NCBI GenBank assembly: GCA_030141605.1
Contig: JAQGDQ010000615.1
Location: forward strand, 1 to 64,000
Source of the DNA: Tubiluchus corallicola
Taxonomy: Eukaryota; Animalia; Priapulida
DNA length: 64,000 nt
Reading direction: 5' to 3'
Part shown: positions 60,169 to 64,000 of the stretch, piece after piece
Position numbering within the stretch: position 1 is the stretch's first letter
How the letters are laid out: the number at the start of each line of letters is the position of its first letter
Program-made: the position numbers and the translations under genes
The notes under the pieces: generated by a model
Seen by the model: the letters and a program-made list of their open reading frames with translations, nothing else
Databases searched by the model: none
Told to the model about the DNA's origin: nothing

Positions 60169-62873
60169 AGAGTGTGTGTGTCTGTGAGTGAGAGAGAGAG
60201 GGGGGTGAGAGATAGAGAGAGAGTGAGAGAGAGTGAGAGTGAAAGACAGAGAGAGAGAGAGAGGGGGAGGGAGGGAGGTAGGGAGGTAGGGAGAGAGTGA
60301 GAGTGAGAGAGAGAGAGTGAGAGTGAGAGAGAGTGTGAGTGTGAGAGAGAGAGAGTGAGAGTGAGAGAGAGTGAGAGAGAGAGAGAGAGAGAGAGAACTA
60401 GATATTTTCTTCTAATTTGCTTGAAAATGCACTAATTAATTCCAAAATATTCATTTGCAACTCTCTTTTAAGTGCTGGTCATTTTTGTTGCAAACCTTGG
60501 TCCTACAACAATGAATATTGTGACGATGTCTAGGCTTACAAACTTCCTACCATCTGCTAAGTATCATGCTTTAATAATTATGGAGGTGAATAAAATTGCA
60601 TCGGGTTTTCTTTCTTGTAGATTATCTATGTAACCAGAAATCCTAAAGACGCCGTGGTTTCATTTTACTACTTTGACACAGGCTTCAATATAGAGGGATT
60701 TACGGATCCAAGATACCCTAAAATGAAGTTCCCACAATACCTCGAGAGATTCTTCAACGATCTGTGTGAGTAACTGTGTAACTGTGACGGTGACTGTGAC
60801 TGTATCTTTATTACTGTTTCTAACTGTATAATGCTGTAACAGTAACTATAAATGTAATAGTAACTGTGACTATAAGTGAGCTTTTATTATTGTTTGTAAT
60901 TATTTGTATGCTAATGGTTTTGCTAATTGTAACTGTAAGACTGTTGCATCTTTATTAGTCTCCGTAAAGTCTCGCGCAGACCTGCAATATCTTTCACTTG
61001 CGCAACTGAAAATTGCAGCAATTTTGCCCGTGAAACCAAAATCGGCCACGCAGAGAATGCGACCCTCTTTAAACTTGAACAACCGGCACTGTGGAATTCG
61101 GATTTCCGTTGTTAATTCAGAAAAAGGAAAATAGACACGGGAAATATTGGAATTACCCAATAAAACTAGCCGACGATTGATGAAAGATAACTTTTTATAC
61201 TGTCTCCTGTTTTACTGGTTCATCGTCGTGTAAACGCTTCAGTCATTATTGCATTAGACCACGTAGTTTTGACGAACTTTGTACTTTATTCGACTGTACA
61301 TTACGTATCTCAACATCAAGTGAAAAGAAACATTAGCCGAGAGAAACGACTCTTTTTAGGCTGCTCTTACTGCTTATGTAAGGTTATGCGGACATATTTT
61401 GTAATAAAATTATATTATATTATATTATATTATATTATATTATATTATATTATATTATATTATATTATATTATATTATATTATATTATATTATATTATAT
61501 TATATTATATTATATTACATTACATTACATTACATTACATTACATTACATTACATTACATTACATTACATTACATTACATTACAGTACAGTACAGTACAG
61601 TACAGTACAGTACAGTACAGTACAGTACAGTACAGTACAGTATAGTATAGTATATCATAGCATATCATATCATATCATATCATATCATATCATATCATAT
61701 ATTATTTATCTCTGCAAAATTTAAACTCACAAAATGTAGCAGGTGTAAAATATGTTAACATTAAAAAACATACGTAAAAACCGGCAGAAAAGTGCATGAA
61801 TGGAATCATTTATGCGACTAAAAGACTCGAATTCGAAATACAAATTTTTTTGCGATATCAGTTCATCTAACAAGATGACACTATTTAGCATAACGAACTT
61901 TAAACAATTCATCGTTTGTACAATCCTTTATGAAGTCGTGAACCTGCTGCACAGGCCTAACTAGCAAGAAACAACATGGAGTGGTCAGCAGAAGTGTGTT
62001 AACTGCTTGTACATGTACTAAGACGCGTTTCCAACTATTGCTCACTTTCCAAACAATAATAATTTTGGTCCCCAATCTCCGAATCCGAATCTCTTAAAAA
62101 GTGGTAGCAAAGATAAGAAGAACGATTTATCTTCGTTAATTCGTTTTTCTTTTACCTCTTTTGTGTGTTTAATGGCGCATACAGCACTGTTTTCTTCTTA
62201 CATTTAACTATTGCGCTTAAGAAAAAGTTGCGCAATTAAAAATTGCATGTCTGCGCATTCTCATTGAAAAACAGTGCATTACAAAGCAGTTGCGCATCTA
62301 AAAGTTTGACCAAATATTGCAAGTTTTAGTTGCATATGTCTGCGCACTCTCATAGAGTTCGGCTCTTTACAGATATTGCAACTCAAAATTGGGACTAACT
62401 CTATCCATAAGTTAGCAGTGATTGTAACTGTAACGTTTAATGTGTTAGTCAAATATTATGGGTCAAGTGTCAGAGAGGAGGGTATGCTCTGAAACTCTGA
62501 GCATAATTTGGTCTCGTTTTAGTTTTTTGTCGACTCAGTGGGCCTACATAGGTCAGTGAATTTGCTTGGGCCTGAAACTAAAGTTCAGAGAGCAATGCAC
62601 GACAATTCCACGTAGTACCGTGCATAAAATTAATAATATTATCTACCTGGTGTGGTAAAATACAGGAGAATTATTGTGAGAAGCTTTAATAATTGGTTTA
62701 ATCTAGTTGTTTGTTATTAAACATCATCGTAGATCGTGCATGTTTCACAAGTTTGATTAATTTAATATTTGTTCGCAGGCTTGTATGGCTCCTACTGGAC
62801 CCACAATTTAGAATTCTGGGAAAGGCGTGACTGGGAAAACATACTCTTCCTGAAGTATGAAGACATGCTAAAG
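56440..62873 (+). CDS. Cytosolic sulfotransferase (SULT1-like), 5' part; exons 56440-56596, 58667-58795, 59824-59951, 60621-60765, 62779-62873; probably continues past the window
   Basis: All introns are GT-AG with consistent phases. Motifs: RDDDVFVCSWPKCGTTW (5'-PSB loop), SPRLMKTH (catalytic His), IIYVTRNPKDAVVS (3'-PB), YGSYWTH, LFLKYEDM. Confidence 0.93.
57150..57301. repeat. ATA/ATAACC/GAT compound microsatellite (intronic)
   Basis: Directly visible. Confidence 0.9.
58862..59405 (-). mobile_element. Kolobok-type MITE, inverted second copy of 35159-35702, in SULT intron 2
   Basis: TTAA-AGAAAGGCCGGACGATTG ... CAATCATCCGGTTTTCCT. The interior is reverse-complementary to 35159-35702. Confidence 0.8.
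60086..60396. repeat. (TA)n/(GA)n microsatellite
   Basis: Directly visible. Confidence 0.95.
61409..61702. repeat. Compound pentanucleotide microsatellite (ATATT)n-(ACATT)n-(ACAGT)n-(ATCAT)n
   Basis: Directly visible stepwise change of the unit. Confidence 0.95.
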
Positions 62874-63198
62874 GTTAGTTAGTCGTTGCCTTTTTGCAAA
62901 AGTGTTTGAAGAAACATGAATCAATAGATCTTGAACAAGTGGTACCCAGAATTAATAAACCAGGTATAATTTATGTTAATGAACAATTAACCTAGTAATT
63001 AATGAGTCGAAGAACAAAAAACGAGTTAAGAATTTGTGAGCGAGTCGAAACTGCTTTCAACGTCCTTCTTCAATTCTTGAATTCACTAAACGTTTAACTG
63101 TAAGTTTCGACTTCGGTATCATAAGTATTTTTTCAGTATTTATCTCAATGTACTCATAAATTAATGTACGCATAGCATATCGTGTAGTTAATAGCTAA

Positions 63199-63459
63199 TG
63201 TAGGTTGGAAGAAGTATCACACACAACTACTGCAGTGAATTACAGCTGTAGGTTGGAAGAAGTATCACACACAACTACTGCAGTGAATTACAGCTGTAGG
63301 TTGGAAGAAGTATCACACACAACTACTGCAGTGAATTACAGCTGTAGGTTGGAACAAGTATCACACACAACTACTGCAGTGAATTACAGCTGTAGGTTGG
63401 AAGAAGTATCACGCACAACTACAGCAGTGAATTACAGCTGTAGGTTGGAAGAAGTATCA
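63199..63459. repeat. 48-bp minisatellite, ~5.4 copies
   Basis: Unit TGTAGGTTGGAAGAAGTATCACACACAACTACTGCAGTGAATTACAGC. Confidence 0.95.
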
Positions 63460-63717
63460 GCTGAGATCTGCAACGAATTAACGCACTGAGGCGAAGCCGT
63501 GCTGCTAACTTAAACCACGATGTGACCAACAGACTTGCAAACCTGCAATTTTGCGGCTTTGTATGATGGTGTGTAATCTCTGAAATCTACTACTTTGTTT
63601 GTATATCAGAGCAACTAAAAACCTTCAGCTCAAGTGCGGCAGTTAACTAACTTGCCAAGTGCTCTTCCATCCTTGCCACTTTCCTGAATTAGGACAGGCA
63701 AAAATTATCAGCACTAT

Positions 63718-63967
63718 CAGCGTCACCATTATCGTCATCTTTATCATCCTCATCAATTATCATCGTCGTCGTCGTCGTCCTCGACATCATCATCATCATC
63801 ATTATCATTATAATGGTCGTCGTCGTCTTCATCGTCATCATCATCATCATCGTCATCGTCATCATCATCATCATCATCATTATCACTATAATGGCCGTCA
63901 TCGTCTTCATCGTCATCATTATCATCCTCGTCAATTATCATCGTCGTCGTCTTCCTCATCGTCCTCG

Positions 63968-64000
<33 letters not shown>
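63718..64000. repeat. (ATC/GTC)n trinucleotide microsatellite
   Basis: Directly visible; runs off the window end. Confidence 0.9.

Noticed and set aside
60956-62400. Possible TIR element marked by GCGCAGAC / GTCTGCGC and TTGCGCAA motifs in SULT intron 4
   Set aside because: The inverted similarity is short and degenerate, and I could not define termini or a TSD.

Overview
AT-rich, repeat-dense animal genomic DNA (probably an invertebrate); spliceosomal introns are present and there are no prokaryotic features. 1-17063 is a giant inverted duplication: two ~7 kb arms around a ~2.4 kb spacer, with satellites and nested MITEs inside the arms. Next come two intronless SLC26 (prestin/pendrin-family) anion transporter genes, a 5S-rRNA-derived SINE with a target-site duplication, hAT and Kolobok-type MITEs, LINE 3' remnants, a probable small spliced membrane-protein gene and a single-exon class A GPCR. 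A paralogous GPCR pseudogene is split by a 6195-bp element (46475-52669) with Polinton/Maverick hallmarks: AGTAGT...ACTACT ends, long TIRs and a 6-bp TSD. I see no polymerase, integrase or capsid gene in it; instead it carries divergently oriented, apparently spliced, decayed PC4-like and C2H2 zinc-finger genes. The window ends with the first five coding exons of a cytosolic sulfotransferase. All calls come from reading the sequence by eye; no searches were run.
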